Shown here: one piece after another, positions 26,970 through 39,814 of the stretch
Layout: each line of letters starts with the position of its first letter
Numbering within the stretch: position 1 is the stretch's first letter
Assembly: GCA_036172245.1 (NCBI GenBank)
Contig: JAYWIR010000050.1
Span: 1,054,001-1,118,000, forward strand
Length of the DNA stretch: 64,000 nucleotides
Direction: 5' to 3'
DNA from: Raillietiella orientalis
Lineage: Eukaryota
Translations under genes and position numbers: made by a program
Notes under the pieces: generated by a model
What the model was told of the DNA's origin: nothing
Databases searched by the model: none
What the model saw: only the letters and a program-made list of their open reading frames with translations

Positions 26970-29583
26970 TTATGTCAACTCTGGATCAGGAGATGCATCA
27001 ACAAAATCTTGGATCATAGCTTGTAATTCCTCACTCATAGGAAAACCAGATTCAAGCTCTGAACTATTGCAAACTGAAGCCATGTTTTCAGGTTCAGGCT
27101 CCTGAACACTGCAAGATGAAGAAATATGATCTGAAGTGGTGTCAGTAGATATTCCTAATCTTGGTTTCTTGGAGAAAAAAAAATTTTCAGTTTCATATTC
27201 TGTTGTGGTAGCCATTAGGACATCATCCATATAATGCATAGGGGATTCTGAATCACCAATAGTTACAGTTTCCTTGTCAAGAGCAGTTACGTCTCTCTCT
27301 GAATCAACATCCCCTTGAGATATTAAATCCATCACATCCTCTCTAACTGTCACCAAGGTTTTTTCTGCAATAAAGGAATGATTATCTCCTTCACTTCTAT
27401 CCTGTGATAGAGTCATGGTGCTGTGATCTACCACAGATTTCAACTCTGTGGCGGACAAGGAATTAGGAAAAAGTAACGAGTCTGAAGGCATGCTACTTTC
27501 TTCATCTAAGTTCAATGCTGGGCACACTGGGTGGCTAAAAGCCAGACAAATCATAGAACCACGCAAGCACACAGCAGCAACATCTACACTAGGATCATTT
27601 CTACCTTGCTGAAACAGATAAATGGCTTGCTGCAGAGGGGATGGGGGTGTTAATACAAGACTAATGAGGACCTCATACAGTAAGCAACGATTGTGTTCAT
27701 CAATAAAAGGATGACAAGGTTCATCTACTATCATTTGAAGCAGCCATGTAATGATAGTCTCATGCAATCCCTAAAAATCAGTCCACATAATGCTTTCTAT
27801 GCTCTTAATACCTTTAGAATATCAGTAGGTATGCTTCTACCTGATGAATAAAGCAAGTATTGCAACATATGCAGAGCTGCATTACAAACTTGTTCTTGGA
27901 GGAAGGAGTGGTCTGGGTCTTTCTTGGGTTCACTGGTAATGGGTAGCATACCTTTTCTTTTTCTCTGCTTTTTCACAGAAGTACTAGAAGACATCTGGTT
28001 GAAATTGCAATTAAATACCCATGCTTTTAATCTCTAACCTTCACACAGATAATCTCTGGTCTTAATCTTACATCCTGAAGACACTGTTGTAACAGTTCTA
28101 CCTTGTTAAGGGTGAGTAGATTAGGTAGTCGCTGTAGTACAAGAGTCAGAGTTTCATAAAGAAGTTGTCTAAGTGCAGCTTCTGTTGATCCTTTATCCTC
28201 CCAATTAATTGTCCATTGCAAAACTTGCAACAATATACAGCTCACCATATTAGACTTTGTCAAAAGTTCTTGCCCACAACTGTAGCTACAGGCATTAGTG
28301 TGGAAACAAATCCTCTATTCACCTGACCACCACTACTTTTAGCAGCTCCAAAATACTACAATGAACGCTAGGTAGTAATGAGGATAAAACAGAGCATTCC
28401 AATGTGCTGTTAGTAATTGGAACAGCTGATGTGCAGTAAATCATCAATGATAAAATTCGATGCAGTGGAACAGGCACAGCACATGGCATACGAATCCTGA
28501 TAAACATATATATTTAGCTAAATTGCATTCATGATTACTTCAAAAGTTCCTGTACGAGAATGCAAAGATTGCAGAATCGCACCTGGACCAATCTCATCTT
28601 CTTTAAAGGATCTGATTCCAATAGTGGAAGTAAAGCATATGGGATAGGAGCATCCTGTTCCTGGAAAACATACAGTAAGCCAAAGTTCATTGGAATTTTT
28701 TGAAAGATAACTCAGGACACATTACTAATGATTACAACAGTATGAAACATACATGATTATTCAAACAATCAACATAGAATTCTGCTTCATTAAAGTCTCA
28801 ATCTTATAAAAAAAAAAAAAACTGGTCTTACCACTAAGCAATTCCCAAGAATTGGTTCACACAAAGAGGATGCATAATCACCAATGGAAGACAAGTAACT
28901 TCCACATCTCTTGGACCAGTGTGCCACATAATTTGCAAAGGCTGAGCCAGCATTACCAAGAAGGCAAAAACTGCTAAGACACCTGCCTACTAAATGTATG
29001 AGATCCTGATCAGTCTCATCAAGCAGGGAAATCAATTTGTTTTCAAGAGGAATCTAGAATAATCATTCACATTAATCTATGATTTCATAGAGTGATTTCT
29101 GAGGGAAAAATACTTAGTAAGCTATCTTCTAATTTATCATAACATTTCATCAATATGAAGATAAATTATATTTTGGCCTAACCTGAATGGATGTGACGCT
29201 TGTTTTGAATAATTTCAGAAATAAGTCCATACATCGTAATGCTTCGTATTTCCACTAAAAAAATTGATACAACGCATATCATGACATTGAAAAGTTGTTC
29301 AAAATTGTTTACACAAGTCTATTAGATGAAAAATTTCATTTACCTTCATACTTAGTCCACACAATAAACACTGAAGAATCTCCGGAATGCAAGGCACATC
29401 TTTTTTGAGGCATGCCATGTCGGAGTAACTTAAGGCAATAAATAATTTATCGCAGGCTTCACGGCATCTTTCGGTTTCCAGTTCATTCTTTTGCAGCATT
29501 TCCTTTACTTCGTTGAAAACTGCGTAAGAATGACTGTCAAAACCCTTTTTTGTTGATACTTGTTCCATCACCAACTGTTTCAT
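26970..29583 (-). CDS. PELP1: PELP1/RIX1-like rixosome subunit; exons 29583-29344, 29254-29183, 29053-28832, 28660-28539, 28496-28323, 28279-28039, 27994-27812, 27770-26970
   Basis: Spliced frame stays open. Motifs WSKRCGSYLSSI, AVPVPLHRIL, LLPSVHCSILELL..VSCGQELL..ILLQVLQWT, RCLLYEVL; acidic tail ending AMIQDFVDASPD resembles PELP1. Confidence 0.8.
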
Positions 29584-29999
29584 TTCTTATGGCAAACTTT
29601 ATCCGCAAACAGAAACTAAAATGCCACAACTTGACACACCAAGCTCTAGCACTGACATGTGTTTCGACACCTTTCAAAGTACACCAAAGTGGTGGTAAGT
29701 GCACCACAATGAGAGACCCTTCCAAGCAGATGTACGGCGGGCACACCGCATGGGAAACATCGCTCCCCTGGCAAGTCGCATTCCCAAGGCACGAATTAGC
29801 AGGGAGACCAGACAAAAATAATTCCAGTTCTCAAAGCCACACTGAGAGACAGCATCCCTTTGGCATTACGATTCTTCACATTTCTGTACATCATGGTTCA
29901 TCCTTCGATCTTTACATTTGCAATTCAATGTGCTGTTCTGTATGAATTTCTATTGAATGACAAACGGTACAACTGGTCGCATTTTCAAGGCAAGTACAT

Positions 30000-32020
30000 T
30001 TATCACCCGGATATGCCGGGGCATTTATTATTCTAATTTACAATAAAATTAGATAATAAAGTCTTTTAACAGTTTTTTGTGGAGGAACACTTGGTTCTCC
30101 CACGTTGGCTGACTTGTCGGGAACCGGTGCTGAGACCGGAGAGGTCCTCTCCAGAGGCGCAGGGGATGGGGAAACTGAAGCAAAAAGAGAAATAACGAGG
30201 AGGACATCCGTTATATGGGAAGTAGAGGGCAGGGAAGGGATCACTGGGCGCCTGGGTCGGTCCTTCGCATCCTATTCAGGATGCAGACAAGTTCTTTTGT
30301 CAGTGGAAGTAGACACCACCTTGTCGCCGTCTCCAAAGAGATCGTCGTCCAGTGGATGGCGTCCCTGCATCTTGGGCCTCTTCTTGCGTGCCACCTTTGC
30401 ACGATGCCGCGCACGCAGCAGAGGACTGCTAGAGACGCAGAGGGGCGCAGGCCGTCACGCAGAAAGACGCGTCGGTATATGACCTTAGGGTCGCCTACTG
30501 GAAGATGGAGGACGGGGCAAGTCGACTCCAAAGTGCGACAAGGGCAACACACTCGAAAGTAAGATGCGAGAAGGTTTCCCTTTCGCCGCACTCGACGCAG
30601 CGGGCATCCACGTCCCCCAGTGTCCAGTGTGACAGGCGTGTTCTGCTTAGCAGTCCCCAATGCAGAAAGAGCAACGCCGTCTCCTGCCACTTCAACGGGA
30701 GGGTACCGCTATCCCAACACGTTGGGGGCCACTTCACCTCCTCCGGAGGTATTACGAGCAGCTCTCCTCAGTGCACAATTCCTCGAGGCTCGGGGTGGCA
30801 GCGTCCGCTAGCTCCCGAGTCGTCCACGCCTTTAATGGTTTCCTCCTGCCTCGGATGAGGCAGGACACTTCCCACGGTGCTCCCTCGTTACTGCTCCTAA
30901 TGTTCTCCAGGGAGGACAGAACGGGGGCCAGGGGGGTGAAAGAAGCCCACAGAAACTTCCGCGGCTTGTTGATGATCTCCTGCAGGGGCTGTCGAGCGTT
31001 GGGTCCTCGGCGGAGGCAGTTGTACTCCGCCTCGCTCGTGCCGTTGATCTTGGCCCACACGGAAACTGACTCGTGAACCCAGGCAGTGCAGTTCGCGGGG
31101 AGGCAGGAGATCCAGGTATTTTCCCTCATCAGAGGGACCATCTGGCGCAGATGAAAGCCACAGTTGTTGTTGAGGCTGTGCTGGTAGGCCACGAGGATCG
31201 AGGACAATCCTTCGCAGCCGGTCGCTATTCTGGCGAGGAGCCGTAGGGGTTGGCACCATGGTGTCATCCATAAGCTAGCCGAAAGGGCTAGCTTCCGAAA
31301 GGTCACTTGAAGTTGCATGTGCTCCATCATCAGGAGGCCCAAATCACCGTCCCTGCGTGGAGCGCACAAGTCTTTCAAGAGGACTCATGACCTCGCTGTG
31401 CACCAAAGGGCAGTCCTCAGGAGGGCTTTGGTCCGTCTCTTGATGATTAGTGGGGCGGGGCAAACAAAAAGTAAGGGGCGAAGGAGGGGGGCCGCGAACG
31501 CGTTCCAAACCGCTGCCCGTTCCTGAAAGTAAAACTTGCAGTTCCGGAATGGGCCGATCGCCAACTCCACCTTTTAAAGACGGTCGGACGAGGCTTCTGC
31601 GACGCAGAAGTCCCCCAACGGAACGCCAAGGTACTTGAAGCACCTGCCCGTGGGGATCCCCAAGCGGATCCAGTCCGGCCGTCCGGCCCACGCCGTATTG
31701 GAAAAAAGCAGTGGTGATGTAGGAACGATTGTAGATTTTTCTCTGTTCACCTCGAGGCCCGTCCCGCGGCGCAGCAGCTCAAAGAAATCTTCGAGCGCCG
31801 ACGCCGGGGTGGACCCGGGGAGCAGGAGCAGAAGGTCGTCGGCATAGGCCGACACGGCAGGAGTGCCTGTACACGAGCTCGGCAGGGTTTCCAGAGTCTC
31901 CCTGTATGCCCTCAGCACCAACTCGAAGTAGATGCTGAAGAGCAAGGGGCTCAGACTGTCACCCTGCCTTATGCCTCGGAGAACCGGAACGCCGCACACG
32001 TGTCGGCCGCTGAAAGTGAT
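30000..32020 (-). mobile_element. 5'-truncated L1/Tx1-type non-LTR retrotransposon (family B), disrupted RT C-terminal half
   Basis: GIRQGDSLSPLLF, SAYADD, KYLG and C-terminal CVECGERETFSH..FEC motifs; 3' AATAAA plus hairpin at ~30030-30003; 12-bp TSD aggcaagtacat at 29988-29999 and 32021-32032. Confidence 0.92.
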
Positions 32021-33949
32021 AGGCAAGTACATAGTAAGTGTACAGACTGTCTAATTGCTGATTCACACATTCTTGCATTCAATAAGTTGTCTAAAAACAC
32101 ATTACATACTAAAATAACCAATTCCTCCAAATGCTTAGGGTAACGAATTCTTTTTGAACAACTATTCGCAGGCATTGTACTTTTGACGTCCCGATATGAC
32201 ACTTGCTGAACTCGATTTATGATAGAGAGCAAGCATTTCTTTTTTTGTTCAGATTTATAAAGTTTCCTTTCCATCTTTAAGTGAAGGATTCACAAAAGCG
32301 CAATTATAACATCGCTGTGAGCGTGCAATCTATCTCAGAAAGCAGTTTGTATTCTCTTCAAATGCATACATAGCATCACACCTCTTTGATTTCTGAAGTA
32401 GCTTGAGCAAGTTCCAGTAGCTTCAAATTAAAAGGGCATAGCAAATCAAGCTTAAAATAATCATGTACATCCCCCCCAAAAAAGGAAATAATTGCATCAC
32501 AACAGTACCTTCTGAAAGAAAACGAAAGGAATGGGAATTCAGAATAATATTAGCACATCGAATTCGTTTTGTCACGAAATAAGTAGCAGACTTACATGAA
32601 AGAAGAGTTTAAAGATTTTAAAGTTACTTTGAACCATGAGAGACGACCCCTCGGTCTTCATCCCACTTTCAGTTTCACTTCATTCTTTTGAAGTATGTTT
32701 CCAAGTAAGGCTGTTGCTTGGTTACCTTGCGCAGCAGCAGTTTCCAAGACGGTCTTTTACTATTACAAAAAATGAAGAAATGCTTAGTGAACTCGGATGG
32801 AATGCTGACTGATTGAAAATTTATAACATAACAGAAGATAAACAATGATAATGAATATCAGTGCTAGACGAGTGAACTTGGCATTCCTGAAAGCTGATTG
32901 CTTTACTCTCTCCCATTTCTTCGTAAGCGACAACGGTTACTGAACTGAACAAACATGTATTCAAGGGCAGCTCAATACTCAAAGCAGTCTTCAGATTTAA
33001 AACAAGTCAGGTGTGGCCAATATTGCAAACGTGGTTCTTATACATCTGCATTCTTGTTTGACGTAAAGTCCTATGAATTATTCACCCAGAGTTATATTCA
33101 AAAGGTGGATTCCTGATCCTTTTCCTTTTGATATGGACCACATCTTTGCCCGCACAGACGAAATGCTAGAAATTTCGCCATTTATTGACAGCGATGCCGG
33201 TGGTATTCAAATTATTTATTTTTTCGCTAACTCCAATGCTTTTGAAGCAAACGAATTCCTAAGACATTTCAGAAATTAAATTGATGCTCTCTAGATTGAG
33301 AGGAGTCTCTTGAAGGATGTAGTCACCCGAAATAGAAGATTTACAAGCATTCCTGTCACATACTGAATGCAAAGATGAGTTGGAGTAGAGTTGTATTGAG
33401 CATGCAAAACTGATATCCATGCACGTCTTCATATCGCCTTTTAAAAGCGTCTCTTTGTTTGTTTTTTTCATTAGCATAGTTAGCAGTTAGCAATTTTTCA
33501 ATAACAAGGTGTATCCTCTATTTCTCTCAAAACCAATAGTGCTGCTTATGACCCAAGTTTGCAATTTGTATCCACGTCAAGTGAAAGACATAAGAGCAAT
33601 TAATTTCTCATTAGCAATAACTGATAGAACTCCCTTCCTTCTGACATATAGGAGTTAACTTCACCAGCATCATGTAGTTTAAAAATAAATTCCAGAAAGA
33701 ATGAAATTATAATTTCTAACGAATTCAAGAGACTTGAGGTGCAGCAGAATCTAGAGACTAAGTGTAAACCTGGAATAAATGTCATGAGCACTGCGGGCCA
33801 CTTCATCCAGCAGCTCACCCCAGTACAAGAGTCCGTGGGCCGCTGTACTCTGGGTCGCAGCGTCAGTGAGCTGACCCGTCTTCCACTCGCCCAGTCCAAT
33901 CTCCCTTCCGGAGATGATGATCTCCATTTCCCATTTCGTCACCATGCTG

Positions 33950-34980
33950 CTGCTCAGGTGCTCCCTGAGGAGAGCAGCGCTGCGTCGAGGGGATGGCAAA
34001 GCTAGAGGAATTCTTCGAGCTGATACGCCGGGGAGCGAGCTTGTGGGTCAACAGGACGAAGTTCACCATCGTGCCGGCTGGAGCGTCGTTGAAGGGCAGC
34101 CAGACTGGACCCATCTGAAGATCACAGGCACCTTGGCATGCCGATGGGCGCCTTCGACGCTGCAGAAGCGTGGTCCGGCTGCCTTCAAAAAGCAGAGAAG
34201 GCTCTTGACCATTCCTGGAAGGCAGGTTATACCTGCAGGGGTGGGCCTTGATCTGAAATTCCTTCGTGACTCTCCTCCTCAGACAAATTCTTTTTGTTTG
34301 TTCCCCTCCCGCTGAGCTGAGACAACTGGCCGATGATCCATCGAGGAAAGCCCTTTGGGGCTCTTTGCGGCCACGCTCCCTTCTCAAGGACATTGCTGCT
34401 CCTCGGAGGGATGCCAGACTCGATATCTTCACTTTGGAAAGGATGGAGCTGCAGCTCCATCTCCGAAGACTGGTTCTGATGAACAGGGCATAAAACCAAC
34501 AGTAGTGTCTACCCGCTGGCCACATTTTGCGGCGAGCCTGCAGGATGCCCTTACAGAGAATAGCTGACGAACCGACCAAGTGGGCTCGTGGATTCGCCGC
34601 ACCTTTGGCCCCAGCGCTGTCTTCCCTATGGGAAAGCAATTGCAGTTGCCTACCGGCCAGGTGGGAGTTCTCCTGCAACATCGATGGAGTGGAAAATTCC
34701 TAGGCAAGTGCTCCACGAAAATACTGTCCGATGCGAAGACGTCCTGTTTGCAGGCGAAGGGACTTCGCCGGTGGGCCGAAACTTTGAGTGTGATCCCTGA
34801 TCTGGTTTTGAACACTACTGTGCTCTCTCTCCGGTGGCAAAACGACGTGGTGCTGTTTTGGTCCGTGGTCCAACTTTTTTTTGGTCCTTTTTTTTCGAGT
34901 CACAGGTTACTACATTCCTTGCTTTTCTAGGAGTTTATTTTTTTATGAAAATAAACGCCCCGGCGCAACTCAGTGAAACC
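33950..34980 (+). mobile_element. Decayed family B non-LTR fragment
   Basis: LEEFFELIRRGASLWVNRTKFTIVP resembles LEDFFELLRRGTGLEVNREKSTIVP of the 30-kb copy; ends in aataaacgccccggcgca like the other B ends. Confidence 0.7.
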
Positions 34981-37900
34981 ATTTGTTTAATTCTGCTGGA
35001 CATATCCTTGACAGACGAATCCAGCCATCATCTTTACTCTCAGTGTGTTGTGCTCCCTTGAGCTTTGGATGTTTTCGTTCCGTGGCTCCGGAGAACTTAT
35101 AGTTATTACAAATACATTTTAGTATTCAGGGTGTAGTATCTGTGCGACTTCTACTCCGAGCTGGTGTTTCAGTAAACGGATTGCCAAGGCCGGATTTAGT
35201 CTTCCTGTATCGCTAGTCATCCTCATGTCGGCAGCTTTCCAGACATGACCAGTTCCGGCTAATCACTGTCTCTGCTAATCACTCTGTGCGATGGGAAACA
35301 CTTAGGACGACGAGTACTCCGATTTTTCACCCACCATGAAAATGGCTAAAAAAGAAAAAAAAAAAAAGAAAACAATCAGAGGAAATTAGGCCAGTCTCGC
35401 TTCCCTGATGGGCCTGAAGAGATGATGGTCTCAGGTGTTCAGTTTTGCACTGCTCATTGTGCATTCTTCTTGAAAGCACTGTTCTCCGATCAACTTCCCG
35501 TGGAAGCCAAAAGAGATCCAAGGCCTCTGCCACCTCTGGGACCTTGCCGTTCCGCACAACTTGTCTCCTTTCGCACATTCAGGCGTAATCTTCCTCGAGA
35601 GAGTGGAAAAAATATACATGCATTTCCACCCTATCTTCATCGTTCTCTATCTTTCTTGAAACCAGCTTATTGTCTCTACTTTCTCCTATCAGAACAATCA
35701 ATATCCTCCACCTACTGCTCCTTCCGTCCATTATTTTCCTACCTCCAGTCCTAGTCTTAAGAGACTAATAGGGGAGAGATATGGCAGCCTGGCATGTTTT
35801 CCGATCAGTCTATGCCATGAGTGCGAGCTCAGGACTTCATTGCGAATAGCATGAGATTATTGACATTGCTAGCCATCGATGGAACAGGAAATCCTGTGCG
35901 AGTAGCTGGATCTCCTTTGGAGGCGAATTGTGTGCATTTCATCCTGAAAGACGAAGATCCGTATGCATAAATAGCAAGTAGTGAGACAATAGGGCTTGAT
36001 AAGAAATTCAGCAAGGAACAGTTGCGGATCTTCTTGAGCTGGTCTGAGGTAGCTTTTCATCCATGGAAAGTGCCGCGTAACCCAGAATCTAAAGATCATC
36101 CATCAGCATCTGGACCATAGCGTCCTTGGATCGGCAGTAAATTCAGACGATTGCTGCTGCTCTGCTGGAGGCTAGGTTGGATAGCATGGAGTTTACTATC
36201 CATTTTCTTACTGGAGGTGACGACCTTAGCTTCGCGATAAGGATGCACATTCATATGGACCCACTGGAAGACTATTAGAACTCATGTGCTTACTGTAGGG
36301 TCATTGGCGTCCCAAGAGCTAAGGAGTCCTGCAAGAGCTGTCGATTCCCACAGCATAGATTTTGTTTATTGGTGAAATGGAGAGACTGAATAGAATAATG
36401 GCACTAGGATGCTCACTATCTTCACTACCCTTTCAATTTTATTGTCCTGCTCATATGCGTATGGCACCATTTCCAAAATCGTGCGTTTGCATCCATAATG
36501 GTTGGTGTCAGCGTTTCTTGCGTGCTGATGCTCTTGGCGTTTTCTTCATCGATAGAACGTCTTAACTTACAGATCCAAAATATCCCAAGGTCATATGGAG
36601 GTTAAAGGAAACCATCAACCTCTTCATTTTTCCAAAGTGCAGCCGTTGGATATCTCAGCCCACGCATCGCCTTTTCATTTTGTGGATTCCAGAATCCTAT
36701 AGAGCCGACTATTAGGATTTCGACTATTCGACCGTCCGAATCCTATGCTGACATGGAGGTACAGAGGTTTTTGCACTTCGTTTTCTTTCTCTCTTGAGTC
36801 CCCCTTAAGGCATTAGAAATGCTTACGAATGTGCAGGCGATTTAAAGGACGAACATTTTTTTTCGTTTGCATAGTGCTCGATTCGGAAGGAGACGATGGT
36901 ACTGTCGTTTAGCATAGAACATAAGCGGGACATTTTCTGCGCCCATCTACTATTGTAGGTATTCGCTTTCCAAATAACAGATCGAACCCATGCACTCAAA
37001 GTATCAGAAGACCACCTTTTCGCCCTGGAAGATGACAAGCGGACAGCATGGCAGGAATTCCATGACGAACGGCTACGGCTTGGAACCATACCGACTTTAT
37101 TCTCTAATAAATCACTAATTAAATAACATTTTCTTTTGTATCCGAGAAGCGACAGAAAGGAGAGACTTTTAATCAGTTTCTTGGATATGATGAAATCACT
37201 AAATGGGATATGGAATAATAGATTCTTTGATTTACATACCTGATTATGCCAATATTTAATCGGATGCACCCTGTTGTTTCAATAATTCTCGAGGATAATC
37301 TTTGTATTCTTCATGAAGGTAAGATATATTAAAAAATTCTGGACATGCAGCACACATAAGACTTAGCTGTTTCTTAATTACTAGTTGAAGAAGTTTGCAT
37401 GATTGACTTGTCCAACTCCCCGTTATCATTGCCTAGTCCACCTCATCAAACTTTTCCCTAAGCTGTTCACAATCTAAAATCAACGAGATTCTGACAGAGT
37501 GCCGTGATAAGTTATACAATTTATAGCTTCAATTTACAAACTTAATTAAACTGATAACGACAACAAATTTTCGTATTTGAATGTAGTTCATGTTCAAAAC
37601 TATTCAATGTCTTATATCTATAGATTTCTCTTCCAATTAGGACTGAAGTAACCTTTACTGAATCGTTCATTCTTATTTTCATTCTAATCTATTTGAATTT
37701 ACGATCTGGATTCTAGGTTTGCCTAGCAACCATTCATGTGAGAGGGTTTACTTGGTGATGTATCATTCAATAACGGACCTTATTCCCCTGATTCTGAATG
37801 AAATGCTCAGGGCTGCCAATATAGGGGTTTTCCCGCCAGATCTCGTGTTTTTGGAAACCCAAATAACGGATAAAATTGTTTATCCCGCTGGTCGGGAATT

Positions 37901-38215
37901 CTAGTGGTTTTTAATCACTGGCCGCCGGGTTCACGGGTTTTATGGTTGCAAGCAAAAATTTCCATTTCGGATGTTGTACATAGACTTCAGTAGAATTCCG
38001 GATATTTTATTCCCCTTTTTCAATCTTGGCGGTTCTGGAGTTAATAAATTATTGCATTTCTTTGCCGAATACTGTACAAGGAGCTCTGTGCGAAAAGACA
38101 ACTGCCAGTACGTAGCGGAACAGTTTGCAGCACAACACGCTATCTAAAGGAATGAAGTGAAGAAAAACATTGGGCAATGTTGGCGAAATCGTGCGTTTCT
38201 TCCGGCGCGACTCCG

Positions 38216-39799
38216 ATGGAAGCGGTGCAGACGACGATGGCGATGGCGGAGGCGGCGCCCCCGTAGACGGCGGTCGCCGGAGCGACGGGAGGGCCCGTAG
38301 GCCCCACCGTTGCTAGTGACGCGACGCCATCTTGCGCGGTGGCTGCGACCGTGGGGCGGCCACCGGCAGCGGCGGCAGCTTTTTCTTATGCGGCGGTGGC
38401 GGCTGGGACGGCGACCACCCAGCCGCAGAGGAAATTCGGGAAGCCAGAGTCTGGGCCGATACGAGACATCGACGAGCCCATAATTAAACTAGGACCGAAC
38501 GTGAAGACGGTCACGTTCAAGACTGGAATTATAAAAATGAACAACATCAAAGAGGTATACCTGGCTCTCTACAAACAACAGGTGGACTTTGACCGCCTGC
38601 AGGCGATCGTCCCGAACACCTCGGGATTCACAGTGTACACCGACTGTGAAGAAATAAGGGAATCCCTAATTGAAAAAGGGATCAACATCCAGGGCAGGAT
38701 AGTGTGTGAAATGCCGTACACCACCCTATTCCTGAGCGGAATCGGGCCGTTCGTCACCCAAAGGGCTCTGTGGAGGAAACTGTCGCAGTACGGCGAGGTA
38801 CTGGACAGCAACTTCCACAATATATCGGGAAAGATCTTTTCGGGGGAGGCGACGGTGAAGATGAAGTTGAAGGAGGAAGCCCAGGTTCCTGGGATGATCT
38901 ACTTCGATGGGGACGACATGGGAGTCTCCGTTCGATATAGGGCGCAGCCAGTTTTCTGCAACAGCTGCAAAACCTTTGGACACCGGCAGCGAGTCTGCCC
39001 GAGGGCCAAGTGCTTCCGCTGTGGGAAGCAGGGCCACCAGGTGCGGGACTGCAGCATGCCGGAGGTGTGTTCGTTCTGCAAGTCTCCGGGGCATGCAAAG
39101 TGGTGCTGCCCGGAGTTTGCAAACTACAGAACGATGCGGGGTCAATCCCCAGTTAGGACACGGGTGTTGGAGGAGGTAATCAAACCTCAAAGGGCGATGA
39201 AGCAGAGGAAGGCGAAGGAGGCAGCCCCAGTTTCGGCGGACGGCTTCACCACAGTGGGGAAGGGCGGCAAGAGGAGGATGCTCGTGAAGGAGCAAGAATC
39301 CTCTGCTGCGCAGGTCGAGGAGCAGGTTGGCGAGAAGGCCGAAGTAGGGCAGGTTGGCGAGAAGCAGGGTGTGCCGGAAGGCGAGGTGATGGAAATCACC
39401 GAAACCGTTCCGACATCGCAGGAGGCGGTGCAGCTCACCGAGGAGGTGGTGAAGCTTGCGGAAGAAGTGGAGAGGGAGAAAAGTGAGGTGCAGCAGGAGC
39501 AACTCCTGACTCGCATCAATGAAACCCAACAGGGAATCAACACCCTGGTGATCCAAGAAGAGCGTGAAAAGCTAGAGAACCAGCTTTTCGAAGTGAAAGC
39601 GGCGTACTGCGCGAAGGTCTCCCTCGAGACACTTCCGCGCAAGGCGATCGCCAGGGCAGAACGCACAATGGAGACGGACCGGGTGTCCACAGACCACACC
39701 GGCACGGAGAGCGATGCCGGGAGTGAGAAGTCAGCTTCCTCGACGGTGAGACGCGAAAGGTCTCCCCGTCAGAAGAAGCTGAGGAAAGCGAAGCATTAG
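38216..39799 (+). pseudogene. Family A ORF1 (gag-like nucleic-acid-binding protein), in-frame TAG at 38264
   Basis: Three CCHC knuckles (CNSCKTFGHRQRVC, CFRCGKQGHQVRDC, CSFCKSPGHAKWC) after an RRM-like region. ATG 38216 is in frame with the 486-aa ORF but separated from it by one stop. Confidence 0.85.
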
Positions 39800-39814
39800 A
39801 CTTCGAACCCTTTC

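Noticed and set aside
35400..36400. Possible decayed Gypsy LTR remnant
   Set aside because: Only vague peptide hints (HFILKDEDP); no LTRs or clear motifs.
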